Shown: positions 28,204 through 37,931, counted from the first letter of the stretch. The stretch: 64,000 nucleotides of DNA from Gemmatimonadales bacterium (GCA_050733075.1 JBOHSD010000014.1:13-64012); one strand, 5' to 3'. A program made the numbers and translations. Notes: a model not told the origin generated them from the sequence alone.

Positions 28204-28623
28204 ATGCCCAGTTTGGAAACTCTGATCCCTCGCTTTCAGGCGGCTGACCGCAACACCCGGCTCGAGACGCTGCTGGACTATTCCAAGAAGCTGCCTCCAC
28301 TGCCCCAGAAGCTGGAAGCGGAAAAGGAGCTCGGGCACAATCGGGTCCATGAGTGCCAGACCCCGGTCTACCTCTGGGTCGAAGTGGACCAGGGCCGGGT
28401 CAGCATTTACGCGGACGTGCCTCGCGAGTCGCCCACCGTCCGAGGGTTCATCTCGCTGCTGGCCCGGAGTCTCGAAGGCCAGACGCCGGATGCGGTCGCA
28501 CGGATCCCCGACGACCTGCTCGATCAGCTCGGCCTCAGTGAAACCCTCGGCATGACACGGACCCAGGGACTCACGGCCATCCTCCATCAGATCAAACGCT
28601 CAGTGGCAGCGGCGAGCACCTGA
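28204..28623 (+). CDS. sufE: SufE-family sulfur acceptor
   Basis: RLETLLDYSKKLPPLP...HECQTPVYLWVEV...SPTVRGFISLL...GLSETLGMTRTQGL. Confidence 0.85.
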   Translation: MPSLETLIPRFQAADRNTRLETLLDYSKKLPPLPQKLEAEKELGHNRVHECQTPVYLWVEVDQGRVSIYADVPRESPTVRGFISLLARSLEGQTPDAVARIPDDLLDQLGLSETLGMTRTQGLTAILHQIKRSVAAAST

Positions 28624-29744
28624 TGCTCGGCGTCCTCGAGGTCGCCGGCAGAGGGAGTGGTTTCCTGCGCCGGCGTGAGGCGAGCTATCTCCCGTCGCAT
28701 GGCGACGTCCACGTCGGTGAGCGGCTCATCCGTCAGTTTGGTCTCCGTACCGGCGACGAGATAGCCGGCTCGGTCCGTGCGGCGGGCAAAGGCAAGAGCG
28801 CCTCGCTCGAGACCATTACCGCCGTTCAGGGAAAGCCGCCCGACATCCTGCGCGAGCGCCCCGAGTTCGGCCGCCTGGCCGCGGTGCACCCCAAGGAGCA
28901 GCTCAGGCTGGAGTTCTCCCCCGAGGCCGGCGCACAGCCCGACTACACCAACCGGGTCATCGACCTGCTGGCTCCGCTCGGGAAAGGGCAGCGCGCCCTG
29001 ATCGTCGCTCCCGCCAAGGCGGGCAAGACGATGGTGCTCCAGGCCATCTCCCAGGGCGTGAGCCGCAACTACCCCCACGCCGACCTGTTCATACTGCTGG
29101 TGGACGAGCGCCCTGAAGAGGTGTTCGAGATGGAAGCGGCAGGGGTGGGGGAAGTTGTGGCTTCGAGCTTCGACAACCCCGCTCAGCGCCACGTCGCAGT
29201 GGCCGAGCTGACGCTGGAGCGGGCCCGGCGGAGAGTCGAGATGGGAGACGACGTGGTTCTGATCGTGGATTCTCTCACCCGGCTGGCGCGAGCCTACAAC
29301 ACCGTCGAGAAGGGTACCGGCCGCACGCTTTCCGGCGGGTTGGACGCCCAGTCACTGGAGAAGCCGAAGCGGTTTCTCGGCAGCGCGCGGCGCATCGACC
29401 CCGCGCAAGGCGGCGGCTCTCTCACCATTATCGCCACCGCCCTGGTGGACACCGGCAGCCGGATGGACCAGGTCATCTTCGAGGAGTTCAAGGGCACCGG
29501 AAACAGCGAGCTAGTGCTGAGCCGCGAGCTGGCGGAACGGCGGATCTACCCGGCCATAGACCTGGTGGCGAGCGCCACCCGGCGGGAGGAGCTGCTGCTC
29601 TCGAATGAGGCTCTCGCCGCGTCTCGCCTCCTGCGCCAGCGTATTGCCGCCATGACTCCGATCAACGCCATGAACGATCTGCTGACCGATATGCGGCGCC
29701 ACAGGACCAACGAAGACCTGGTCCGGGCGCTCAACGCCGGCTGA
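28623..29744 (+). CDS. rho: Transcription termination factor Rho, lacking the N-terminal helical (Rho_N) subdomain
   Basis: Begins at the CSD-like RNA-binding segment (GVLEV...GSGFLRR). [46 protein letters not shown]. Its ATG overlaps the sufE TGA by 1 nt. Confidence 0.9.
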   Translation: MLGVLEVAGRGSGFLRRREASYLPSHGDVHVGERLIRQFGLRTGDEIAGSVRAAGKGKSASLETITAVQGKPPDILRERPEFGRLAAVHPKEQLRLEFSPEAGAQPDYTNRVIDLLAPLGKGQRALIVAPAKAGKTMVLQAISQGVSRNYPHADLFILLVDERPEEVFEMEAAGVGEVVASSFDNPAQRHVAVAELTLERARRRVEMGDDVVLIVDSLTRLARAYNTVEKGTGRTLSGGLDAQSLEKPKRFLGSARRIDPAQGGGSLTIIATALVDTGSRMDQVIFEEFKGTGNSELVLSRELAERRIYPAIDLVASATRREELLLSNEALAASRLLRQRIAAMTPINAMNDLLTDMRRHRTNEDLVRALNAG

Positions 29745-30174
29745 TCAGTTCCCCACCGACCTGGCTATGGCGTCCAGTCTGGCATCGATCACCGCGGTGT
29801 CTCGGGTGGCCCAGCATGCCACGTATGGTGGTGATGCCGCCGGACACGTAGAGAAACAGGGTGCGCTCTATGACGCTGTCCGGCGTCTGTCCACCGGGTA
29901 TGTGCGCATGCATCTCGGCCAGGCCGGGAATCAGGAACCTGCCGCGGCCATCCACGCTTACGCCGCCGGCAGGAACCTCCACGCGATCGGCTGGCCCGAT
30001 GGCCACGATCCGCTCGCCTCGGACCACCACCGTCACACCCGGCAGCGCGCGCTCCCGATCCATCGGGATCACGGTGACGTTTACGAAGGCGATGACCGAA
30101 TCCAGCTGCCTGACCGGTTGCCCCGAGAGCAGGAGGAGCAGGGTGGCGTACAGCAAGGGGTCAGCTCCTGGCAC
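29731..30174 (-). pseudogene. N-terminal fragment of a metal-dependent amidohydrolase
   Basis: FVNVTVIPM...VVVRGERIVAIG...VDGRGRFLIPGLAEMHAHI carries the HxH motif. The match stops after ~125 aa and the ORF ends at 147 aa. It is wedged between the rho and serC 3' ends with 14-nt overlaps. Confidence 0.5.
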
Positions 30175-31267
30175 CGGCCGGGCGGTTTGCCCGCTCGAAC
30201 TCCTTCATGAAGGCCACCAACGCCTCGACCGCCGCGCGAGGACAGGCGTTATAGATGCTGGCGCGCATTCCGCCGACCGACCGGTGCCCCTTGAGCCCGT
30301 CGAGCCCCTTCTTGGTGGCGTCCCTTACGAACTTTTCTTCCAGCTCCTCGGTGGGAGCGCGGAAACAGACGTTCATCCGCGACCTGCTGCCGGGCTCCGC
30401 CGTGCCGCGGAAGAACTCGCTGGTGTCGAGGTAGTCGTATAGAAGGCGGGCCTTGATCTCGTTCTGCTCCGCCATGGCCGCCAGACCCCCCTGCCCTTCG
30501 ATCCACTTGAATACTTCCCCCATCACGTAGATGCCGAAGGTAGGCGGGGTGTTGTAGAGCGACCGCTCGGCCGCATGGGTCCGGTACTGGAGCATGGTCG
30601 GCAAGGTCTTGGGACCCGCCTCCACCAGATCGTCGCGGACGATCACCAGGACTACACCGGACGGACCCAGATTTTTCTGGGCACCCGCGTAAATCACCCC
30701 ATACTGCTTGATATCGATCGGCCGGCTATACATGTCGCTCGAGGCATCGGCGACGAGCGGTGCGCTGGCCGGCAGTTGAGGCTCCCGTTGCCACTGGGTG
30801 CCGTAGATGGTGTTGTTGGTCGTGATGTGTACGTATGCCGGATTGGCCGAGTAGCGGATCTGATCGGGCCCGGGGATCCGGTCGAAGTTGGTGGCTTCGC
30901 CGCTGGCTGCGATGTGCACCTTGGCGACCTGCCTGGCCTCCTTGACCGCCTTCTGCGACCAGACACCAGTCAGGAGATAGTCGGCCGTCCGGTCACCGGA
31001 CAGGAGGTTCATGGGCACCATCGAGAACTGCAGTGAGGCACCACCCTGGAGGAACAGCACCCGGTAGTTGTCGGGTACATCTCCCAATCTGCGGCACGCG
31101 TCCTCCGCCTCGGTGATGACCTTGTCGAACACCTTTCCCCGATGGCTGTGCTCCAGGATCCCGATCCCGCTGCCGGCCACGTTCCAGATGGCCTCCTGTG
31201 CCTTCTGTAGGACGGGTTCGGGCAGGACTGCGGGGCCGGCGCTGAAGTTGTGGATGCGATCGGGCAT
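30161..31267 (-). CDS. serC: Phosphoserine aminotransferase
   Basis: [32 protein letters not shown], and [18 protein letters not shown]. Confidence 0.95.
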   Translation of the reverse strand: MPDRIHNFSAGPAVLPEPVLQKAQEAIWNVAGSGIGILEHSHRGKVFDKVITEAEDACRRLGDVPDNYRVLFLQGGASLQFSMVPMNLLSGDRTADYLLTGVWSQKAVKEARQVAKVHIAASGEATNFDRIPGPDQIRYSANPAYVHITTNNTIYGTQWQREPQLPASAPLVADASSDMYSRPIDIKQYGVIYAGAQKNLGPSGVVLVIVRDDLVEAGPKTLPTMLQYRTHAAERSLYNTPPTFGIYVMGEVFKWIEGQGGLAAMAEQNEIKARLLYDYLDTSEFFRGTAEPGSRSRMNVCFRAPTEELEEKFVRDATKKGLDGLKGHRSVGGMRASIYNACPRAAVEALVAFMKEFERANRPAGARS

Positions 31268-31408
31268 GGGAGTCGGAAGTCTGGGGTGGAGAGTCGAGAG
31301 ACTACAGTCGAGAGTCGAAAGTCGAGAGTCGAAAGTCGAAGGTCTAAGATAATCTCGGGGGCCGGCCTGAGAGTCCGGTCGAGACTCCCGACTCCTGACT
31401 CCCGACTA
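31268..31408. repeat. Inverted heptamer-array element (GAGTCGG family) filling the serC-serA gap
   Basis: Left arm: 7-nt periodic GTCGA at 31307, 31314, 31321, 31328, 31335 (plus 31293). Right arm: GACTC at 31383, 31390, 31397 and GACTA at 31404. The serA TAG (31406-31408) is part of the last unit. Confidence 0.85.
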
Positions 31409-32632
31409 TTCCCGCGGCTCGCGCCCGTCGAGCTCGCTCAGCTCGGCACTGATGATGTCGCGGTTGCCCTGGCGGATCCGGTCCAGCGCGGACGGACCGG
31501 GCTGGCCATCAAGGTGGATCCGGGCCAAAGTGGCGTGGGCCCCATGATAAATGATGTTCTCCACTTCTTCTACGTTGATGGAGGCCCCTGCCAGCACCCC
31601 GAAGACGTGGGCGAGCACGCCCGGCCGGTTCCGGTGGCGGATCGTCAGAACATGCGTCGCCGAGCTTCGGGCCAGCCGGTTCACTACGTTGGGAACCTCG
31701 CCGGTGGCCTTGAATGATTGCACGATCCGGATCACCTCGTGCGCGATGGCCACCTGTGCCTGGTCGGTCGAAGCCCCCACGTGGTGGGTCCCGTAGACCC
31801 CGGGAGCCTGCACAATCGGGTTGGAGAACTCGCCGCCGGCGGCTGGCGGTTCGTTCTGGTAGACGTCCAAACCAACCCGGATTCCCTTCTCCCGTACCGC
31901 GGCCTCCAGGGCGGCCTCGTCCACTACCGACCCCCGGGACGTGTTGATGAGGTAAGCGCCCGGCTTCATGGCAGCCAGGAACTCTGCGTTTACCAGGTTC
32001 CGGGTTTCCTCGGCGCCGACCACGTTGATGGTAACGGCATCTGCCAGCCGGGCGATCTCCAGGGGAGTCTGCGCGTAAGCCAGCTCCAGACGGTCGGCCT
32101 CCTCGTGCGTCAGGCTGCGGGACCAGGCGACGACCCGCATCCCGAACGCCCGGGCTCGGGCGGCAACCTCCCGGCCGATCTGCCCCAGCCCCACGATTCC
32201 CAGCGTGCGGCCGTAGAGCCCGCGTGCCTTGGAGAACTCGGCCTTGTTCCATTTGCCCTGGCGCAACTGGGCCACCTGGTCGGGAATGCGCCGGTCGCAG
32301 GTGAGCAGCAGCCCCAGGACCAGCTCCGCGACCGCAATGGAGTTCTTGCCGGGACAGTTCGAGACGAAGACGCCCAGGTCGGAAGCCGCGGCCACATCGA
32401 TGGTATCGATCCCCGCACCCGCCCGGATCACCAGGTTCAGCGCGGTTCCGGCCCTGAGTGCCTCGGCATTCACCTTCTTGCTGCGGACGATCAGAATGTG
32501 CGGGTCGATCTGCCTGATCAGTGCCGCGAGCGCCTCCGCCTTTACTCCGGGCTCGGAAATCACCTTGCAGCCGAGCTCCTCGAGGCCGTCCATACCGACT
32601 TTGTCGAATTTGTCGGCGATCAGAACCTTCAT
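31406..32632 (-). CDS. serA: D-3-phosphoglycerate dehydrogenase with C-terminal ACT domain
   Basis: GIVGLGQIGREVA, NTSRGSVVDEAAL, HVGAST, and an ACT-like C-terminus. Confidence 0.95.
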   Translation of the reverse strand: MKVLIADKFDKVGMDGLEELGCKVISEPGVKAEALAALIRQIDPHILIVRSKKVNAEALRAGTALNLVIRAGAGIDTIDVAAASDLGVFVSNCPGKNSIAVAELVLGLLLTCDRRIPDQVAQLRQGKWNKAEFSKARGLYGRTLGIVGLGQIGREVAARARAFGMRVVAWSRSLTHEEADRLELAYAQTPLEIARLADAVTINVVGAEETRNLVNAEFLAAMKPGAYLINTSRGSVVDEAALEAAVREKGIRVGLDVYQNEPPAAGGEFSNPIVQAPGVYGTHHVGASTDQAQVAIAHEVIRIVQSFKATGEVPNVVNRLARSSATHVLTIRHRNRPGVLAHVFGVLAGASINVEEVENIIYHGAHATLARIHLDGQPGPSALDRIRQGNRDIISAELSELDGREPRE

Positions 32633-32653
32633 TTGGTCTCCTGGAACGCTATT

Positions 32654-32768
32654 GGGAGAGTCGGGAGCTGGGAGCTGGATGTTGTAGGCCAGCAGACTTT
32701 CGACTGCGGACTCCTGACGAAGAGTCCTGACTTCCTACCCCCGACTCCCGACTCCCGACTCCCGACTA
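32654..32768. repeat. Inverted heptamer-array element (GAGTCGG family) filling the serA-DUF1015 gap
   Basis: Left arm GGGAGAGTCGGGAGCTGGGAGCTGG (32654-32678). Right arm GACTC at 32743, 32750, 32757 and GACTA at 32764. The TAG of the DUF1015 gene (32766-32768) is part of the last unit. Confidence 0.85.
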
Positions 32769-33992
32769 TTCTAACAGATGCACAAACAACCCGCTCCTGA
32801 GCTTGGGCTCGAACCAGGTGCTCTTGGGCGGCATGACGGCGTCGGCGTCGGCTACCGCCATAAGCTGCTCGAGAGTCGTCGGATACAACGAAAACGCAAT
32901 CGCCATCTCCCCCGACCTGACCCGCCGCTCCAGCTCGGCGGTGCCGCGAATCCCACCCACAAAGTCGAGGCGCTGGTCGGTGCGCGGATCGCCGATGCCC
33001 AGGATGGGACCGAGTACCCGGTCCTGGAGCAGCGAGACATCCAGTGACCCGATGGGGTCCCGCCGATCGATGCTCTGTTCGTCAAACTCCACCCGGTACC
33101 AGGCGTCCGCCAGGTACGCGCAGAACGTGCCGGGACGCGGTGGCCGGGGATGATCGGTGGTGGAGATGCGGCCGACGTCGCGCAAAGCGTGAAGCACCTC
33201 GGCGGCCGACCTTCCGCCCAGATCGCGTACCATCCGGTTGTAGGGCAAGATGGTGAGCTGGTCGGCCGGAAACAGCACCGCGAGAAACCAGTTGTACTCC
33301 TCGTCTCCCTGGTGCCTGGGGTTGGCGGCTCGGCGCTCCTTCCCCGCACGCCAGGCGCTGGCCGAGCGGTGATGGCCGTCGGCGACGTAGGCGTGAGGCA
33401 CGCCCAGGAAGGCGTCCACCCAGGGCGCCGGATCTGGTATGCGCCAGACCGTGTGGCGAACCCCGTCCGGGGCCGTGAAATCGTAGAGGGGCTCGGTGCC
33501 CAGCACCGGCTCGGAGAGCACGTCGATCTCGCCGCGGCTACGATAGGTGAGGAACACCGGCTCGGCATGAGCACCCAGAGCCAGTACATGGCGGGTGCGG
33601 TCGTCCTCCTTGTCGGGGCGGGTCTTCTCGTGCTTTCGGATCACATTCTGCTCGTAATCATCGATGTGGACGCAGCCTACCAGGCCGGTCTGCGCCCTTC
33701 CGCCCATGATCTGACGATACAGATAAAGGGCCGGGGCTCCCTCCCGAACGAGAACGCCGCCAGCCAGAAACTCCCAGAGCGCCTCGCGCGCCCGGGCGTA
33801 GATGCGGGGATCGTGGGGGTCGATCTCTGCGGGGAGGTCGATATCCGAGCGGCCGACATGCAGGAAGCTGTGCGGATTTCCCCGCGCCAGCTCCACCGCC
33901 TCAGCCCGGTTCACCACATCGTAGGGGACTGCCGCAACTCTGGCCGCCACCTCCGGGGCCGGCCGGACCGCGTCAAAAGGATGAAGTCGCAC
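32766..33992 (-). CDS. DUF1015-family protein
   Basis: MRLHPFDAVRP...VAAVPYDVV...HEKTRPDKEDDR...YVADGHHRSASA. Commonly linked to serA/serC. Confidence 0.85.
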   Translation of the reverse strand: MRLHPFDAVRPAPEVAARVAAVPYDVVNRAEAVELARGNPHSFLHVGRSDIDLPAEIDPHDPRIYARAREALWEFLAGGVLVREGAPALYLYRQIMGGRAQTGLVGCVHIDDYEQNVIRKHEKTRPDKEDDRTRHVLALGAHAEPVFLTYRSRGEIDVLSEPVLGTEPLYDFTAPDGVRHTVWRIPDPAPWVDAFLGVPHAYVADGHHRSASAWRAGKERRAANPRHQGDEEYNWFLAVLFPADQLTILPYNRMVRDLGGRSAAEVLHALRDVGRISTTDHPRPPRPGTFCAYLADAWYRVEFDEQSIDRRDPIGSLDVSLLQDRVLGPILGIGDPRTDQRLDFVGGIRGTAELERRVRSGEMAIAFSLYPTTLEQLMAVADADAVMPPKSTWFEPKLRSGLFVHLLE

Positions 33993-34023
33993 TGAGCTCC
34001 GGACCCCGAGAGAGAATGGGCAT

Positions 34024-35580
34024 TTAGCCGGCCGGCGTTACGATCCGCTCGCACAGGCCGAGCGCTCCATCCACCAGCAGCGCGAGCAGGGCGGCCGGCA
34101 GGGCGCCCGAAAGGATCATCCGGGTATCCGAGAGAGCAAGTCCGGCCGCAATCGGATCTCCCAGGCCCCCGGCTCCGATGAATGCGGCCAGGGTGGCGGT
34201 CCCAACGTTGATGACCGCGGCGGTTCTGACGCCGGCCATGATGATGGGCGCGGCAAGCGGCAGCCGCACATAGCGGAGCACCTGCCCGGCGGTCATGCCC
34301 AGCGCCCCTGCGGCGCCGACCGCTTCGGGCGCCGCGTCTCTCACCCCGGTGTAAGTGTTGCGCAGGATGGGGTACAGAGAATAAAGGAAGAGCGCCACCA
34401 AAGCCGGAACGAGGCCGATCCCCAGGAGAGGGATCATAAAGGCCAGAAGTGCAATGCTGGGGAGCGTCTGAAGCAGCCCCACGCCGCGGATAACCGGCTC
34501 CGCCGCACCTCCGCTCCGTTCCAGGGCCAGGCCCAGCGGTAGCGCCACTGCCAGGGCGCCGGCAAGGGAAACCACGACCAGCAAGAGGTGCCGGAGCGTC
34601 AAGCTGAAGATCGTCGCCCGCTGTTCCCAGAGGTAGGGGAGTACGCCGGAGGCGGAGCGATGGCGACCGGTGGGGGTCTCCTCGGCCATGATGCCGGTCA
34701 GCCCCAGACGGCTCAACTCGGCCGCGGCGATCCTGGGGGCAGGCTCCCCATCTACCTCGTGGCGCCGGTTGAGCTGCCGCATGCCGGCATCGGTGAGCAG
34801 CCCGCTGAGCTCGGTCAAAGCCGCCACTCCACCCGGGATATCCCGCTGCATCTCCTCGCCGATAAGAGCGGCGGCCTCGTAGGGGGGGAAGAAATCACGA
34901 TCGTCCCGCAACACCACGAGGTCGTACCTGGCAATGAAGCCATCGGTTGAATAGCCGTCGATCACGTCCACCTCGCCCGCGGCGAGCGCCTGATACTTGA
35001 CGGCAGGTAACAGAGCGCGGATCGACCGGAATCGGAGCCCGTATGCTTGCTGGAGCCCTGGCAGACCGTCGCTCCGGCCGATGAAATCGGGAGTAAGACC
35101 GGCCGTCAGCGTGGATGACACCCGAGCCAGATCGCTGAGCGTCTCGAGCCCGAGCCGGGCTGCGGTCTCCCGCCGCACGGCGATGGCATACGTGTTCTGG
35201 AATCCGAGGGGCGGAAGCCACCTTACTCCGTACCGCTCGCGGAACTCACGAGCGACCTTCCGGTAGACCGCCCGGGGATCGCGGCTGGGTTGCTCCCCCA
35301 TGATGGCCAGGAGTCCGGTGCCGGTGTACTCGGGGTATACGTCGATTGCGTTGTTCCGGAGCGCCTCGAACGTGATCTCGGTGGCTCCGAGCCCAAGACG
35401 CCGGTTGACCTCGAAACCCCTGGCCTCGAGCAGTTGCGCGAACATCTCAGCCAGCAGGTAAGACTCGCCGAAAGGCTTGGAAGCCACGACGATGGGTCGG
35501 GCCTGTGTGCCTGAGGGCAAGGTAGAGGCCGGAACAGCGGCCAGGACCGCCAGCGGCGCCACCATGGCGAGCAGCCTCAC
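34024..35580 (-). CDS. Osmoprotectant (glycine betaine/choline-type) ABC transporter, fused substrate-binding and permease protein
   Basis: N-terminal OpuBC-like binding domain (VVASKPFGESYLLAEM...YPEYTGTG), then a C-terminal six-TM permease with LPSIALLAFMIPLLG. Confidence 0.9.
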   Translation of the reverse strand: MRLLAMVAPLAVLAAVPASTLPSGTQARPIVVASKPFGESYLLAEMFAQLLEARGFEVNRRLGLGATEITFEALRNNAIDVYPEYTGTGLLAIMGEQPSRDPRAVYRKVAREFRERYGVRWLPPLGFQNTYAIAVRRETAARLGLETLSDLARVSSTLTAGLTPDFIGRSDGLPGLQQAYGLRFRSIRALLPAVKYQALAAGEVDVIDGYSTDGFIARYDLVVLRDDRDFFPPYEAAALIGEEMQRDIPGGVAALTELSGLLTDAGMRQLNRRHEVDGEPAPRIAAAELSRLGLTGIMAEETPTGRHRSASGVLPYLWEQRATIFSLTLRHLLLVVVSLAGALAVALPLGLALERSGGAAEPVIRGVGLLQTLPSIALLAFMIPLLGIGLVPALVALFLYSLYPILRNTYTGVRDAAPEAVGAAGALGMTAGQVLRYVRLPLAAPIIMAGVRTAAVINVGTATLAAFIGAGGLGDPIAAGLALSDTRMILSGALPAALLALLVDGALGLCERIVTPAG

Positions 35581-36323
35581 GCCGCAAGCACCCGGGCTCG
35601 CAACAGCAGCTGCCGGACGTACTCCGTCGCCGGGGCTGCACGCAGCTCGCCGGAAGGGGCAACCTGCTCGAGCCGCCCCTGCCGCATGACCGCGATTCGA
35701 TCGGCAAGGAGAAAGGCTTCGTGGATGTCGTGCGTGACCAGGAGCGCGGTGAAGCCGAGCTCACGCCGAACCCGGCCGAAAGTGGTCTGAAGGTCGGCCC
35801 GGGTAATGGCGTCCAGTGCGCCGAATGGCTCGTCGAGCAGAATGACGTCGGGTCTGGCAGCCAGTGCCCGGGCCACCGCCACCCGTTGGCGTTCACCGCC
35901 CGAGAGCTTTCGGGGACGGCGCTCGGCGAAGCTCTCGGGATCGAGCCCCACCAGTGCGAGCGCGCGGTCGGCCAATCTCTCGGGATCCTGCATTCCCCGG
36001 AGCCAAGGCACCAGAGCGACGTTGCGCCTCACCTTCCAGTGGGGAAGCAGACCGCCGTCTTGCGGAACGTAGCCCACCCTTCGTCGCAAGACGATCGGAT
36101 CGAGCTCAGCAGCATCGAGCCCATCGATCAGAACCCGTCCCTGCTCCGGATCCACCAGCCGGTTGAAGCAGCGCAGAAGGGTCGTCTTTCCCGAGCCGCT
36201 TTCTCCGATCAGGGCCAGGCACTCACCGCGGGCCACCTGGAGCGACACCCCACCAAGCGCCAGGACACGGCCGTAGCGCTTGGTAACGTTCTCGGCGCTG
36301 AGCGCGATATCAGTCGCTGCCAA
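35577..36323 (-). CDS. ABC transporter ATP-binding protein (osmoprotectant system)
   Basis: GESGSGKTT, LSGGERQRVAVARAL, ILLDEPFGALD. 4-nt overlap with the permease gene. Confidence 0.9.
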   Translation of the reverse strand: MAATDIALSAENVTKRYGRVLALGGVSLQVARGECLALIGESGSGKTTLLRCFNRLVDPEQGRVLIDGLDAAELDPIVLRRRVGYVPQDGGLLPHWKVRRNVALVPWLRGMQDPERLADRALALVGLDPESFAERRPRKLSGGERQRVAVARALAARPDVILLDEPFGALDAITRADLQTTFGRVRRELGFTALLVTHDIHEAFLLADRIAVMRQGRLEQVAPSGELRAAPATEYVRQLLLRARVLAA

Positions 36324-36326
36324 GCG

Positions 36327-36692
36327 TCAGCCCCGCGCCCGGGCGCTGCCCCACAGCGCCGCCAACCCGATCTCGACCGCGGCATCGGCCAGGTAGATAG
36401 CGGATATTCGCCCCGACAGTGCGTAGACGAGATCGATGGCCGCAAGGCCCAGCGCGCTCCCTATGGCCAGGAGAACTATCTCGTCGGTTACCCGGCGCCG
36501 GCGAGCCGCCGAGATCAGAACCGCTCCTATGACGGTTACCAGCACTCCTACCGTCCTCACCAGCCAGAGGTCCGTCTTCGGTCCAGTCACTGCCTGGAAG
36601 CTGTCGATCTCGATGATTGGCCAGAGGCCGGTGGCCACGTAAAACAATCCCTGGATCAGCGCAAGCCTTGGCAGCAATCCAATGTCACTCAT
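36327..36692 (-). CDS. Small integral membrane protein
   Basis: Four predicted TM helices. ATG at 36692. Ends 4 nt before the ABC ATPase start. Confidence 0.55.
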   Translation of the reverse strand: MSDIGLLPRLALIQGLFYVATGLWPIIEIDSFQAVTGPKTDLWLVRTVGVLVTVIGAVLISAARRRRVTDEIVLLAIGSALGLAAIDLVYALSGRISAIYLADAAVEIGLAALWGSARARG

Positions 36693-37049
36693 CGCCCATC
36701 CCGGTAAACACCACTTGCCCTCGTCGTGAGCAGTTTTTCTGGCAATGTACCAGAGTGGCAAGGATGCAAAGCTATGCTTTCAAACATTCAGTCCCTCTGC
36801 CGTCCCGGCAAGCTGCAGAAACGAGCACTACGAAGCGAGGCGAGCAGCCGGATCGAAGTGTTTGATTAGGCGAGTATTCCCGGCCGCAGTTCAGACTCTG
36901 CTTCGGGGCACTACGGAGTTTGCATCAGCAGGCTGCCTGTCAGGAGGACATGAAGGAAAATGCATCGCAGACGCGCTCGAAACTTGCATTTGCTCGGAAG
37001 CCCAGCGCGGAATTGACTCGAGAACCTCAGCACTTCGAGAGGCAGGCGG

Positions 37050-37931
37050 ATGTATCGCATCGAGCTCTCACCCGGCGAAGAAACTGCATTCAGATCGATA
37101 GAGGAACTGGCGGTGGCGATCCGGCGTGGTGTGGTGACGCCGCGGGCGCGCATCTATCACCACGCCTCGAGCAAGTGGTTACCGATCCAGTTTCATCCGC
37201 ACTACAAGACTGCTGCCACCATGCCGCTTACCCAGGCAGACCTGGTTGTCGGACCGCCGGTAGCGCCGCTCTCGTCACTGACCGTGCCGGATCCGACCGC
37301 GCAGGCGCCGAGGGTCACGCCATTTAGACCACTTTCACCGCCGGCTCAGCCACAATCGCCTGTGCTCGAGCCGCCGGTGGTCGCGCGGCCCAAGCCCGAG
37401 CCGCTCAAGGCCAAGCCGGCCGCGAAGCCCCAGCCCGCGCGAATGGTCCCGGCGGCGGAGGAGTCGCTACCGAAGAAGAAGCGCCCCGGCATCAGGAAGC
37501 CGTCCCGCCGCACCCTCAGACTGGCCCTGGTGGGAGCGTTGGTGATCGCCGGGGCGCATCTGCTGGTGGCGGCCGGGACGGCTCTGCACTCGGAGGGGCT
37601 CCGCACCCATAGGCGCTTCATCGCAGCACCACCCGAAGCCATCAAGCAAGCAGCCCCCAAGACGGTTGCAGCCGTCATGCCGGTACTCCGCAACGCCTCG
37701 ATTCCCGGAGGGGGGTCATCCTTATCGAGTACTCCATCGAGCACTCCGGTTGAGATCGCGCCGGAGATTCAACCGGTTCCCTCGGGCATCGAGATGTCGG
37801 CGCCGGCGCCGGCCGCACCCGACTCTCTCGCCGAGGCCGTGGTGGACTCCACTGCTAAGAAGAACCTGAAAAACATTCTCCGCGCCATCACGGAAGCGCC
37901 AGAGGGCGGGAAGAGCTCTTCCCGGCGGTAA
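37050..37931 (+). CDS. Hypothetical membrane protein with GYF_2-like N-terminal domain and Pro-rich linker
   Basis: YRIELSPGEETAFRSIEELAVAIRRGVVTPRARIYHHASSKWLPI, then PAQPQSPVLEPP..., then the TM segment LRLALVGALVIAGAHLLVAAG. Confidence 0.5.
   Translation: MYRIELSPGEETAFRSIEELAVAIRRGVVTPRARIYHHASSKWLPIQFHPHYKTAATMPLTQADLVVGPPVAPLSSLTVPDPTAQAPRVTPFRPLSPPAQPQSPVLEPPVVARPKPEPLKAKPAAKPQPARMVPAAEESLPKKKRPGIRKPSRRTLRLALVGALVIAGAHLLVAAGTALHSEGLRTHRRFIAAPPEAIKQAAPKTVAAVMPVLRNASIPGGGSSLSSTPSSTPVEIAPEIQPVPSGIEMSAPAPAAPDSLAEAVVDSTAKKNLKNILRAITEAPEGGKSSSRR

Noticed and set aside
36745-36770. A sigma54-type -24/-12 promoter at TGGCAAGGATGCAAA, and another near 36990 (CTTGCATTTGC).
   Set aside because: The GG-to-GC spacing does not fit the TGGCAC-N5-TTGC geometry in either case.
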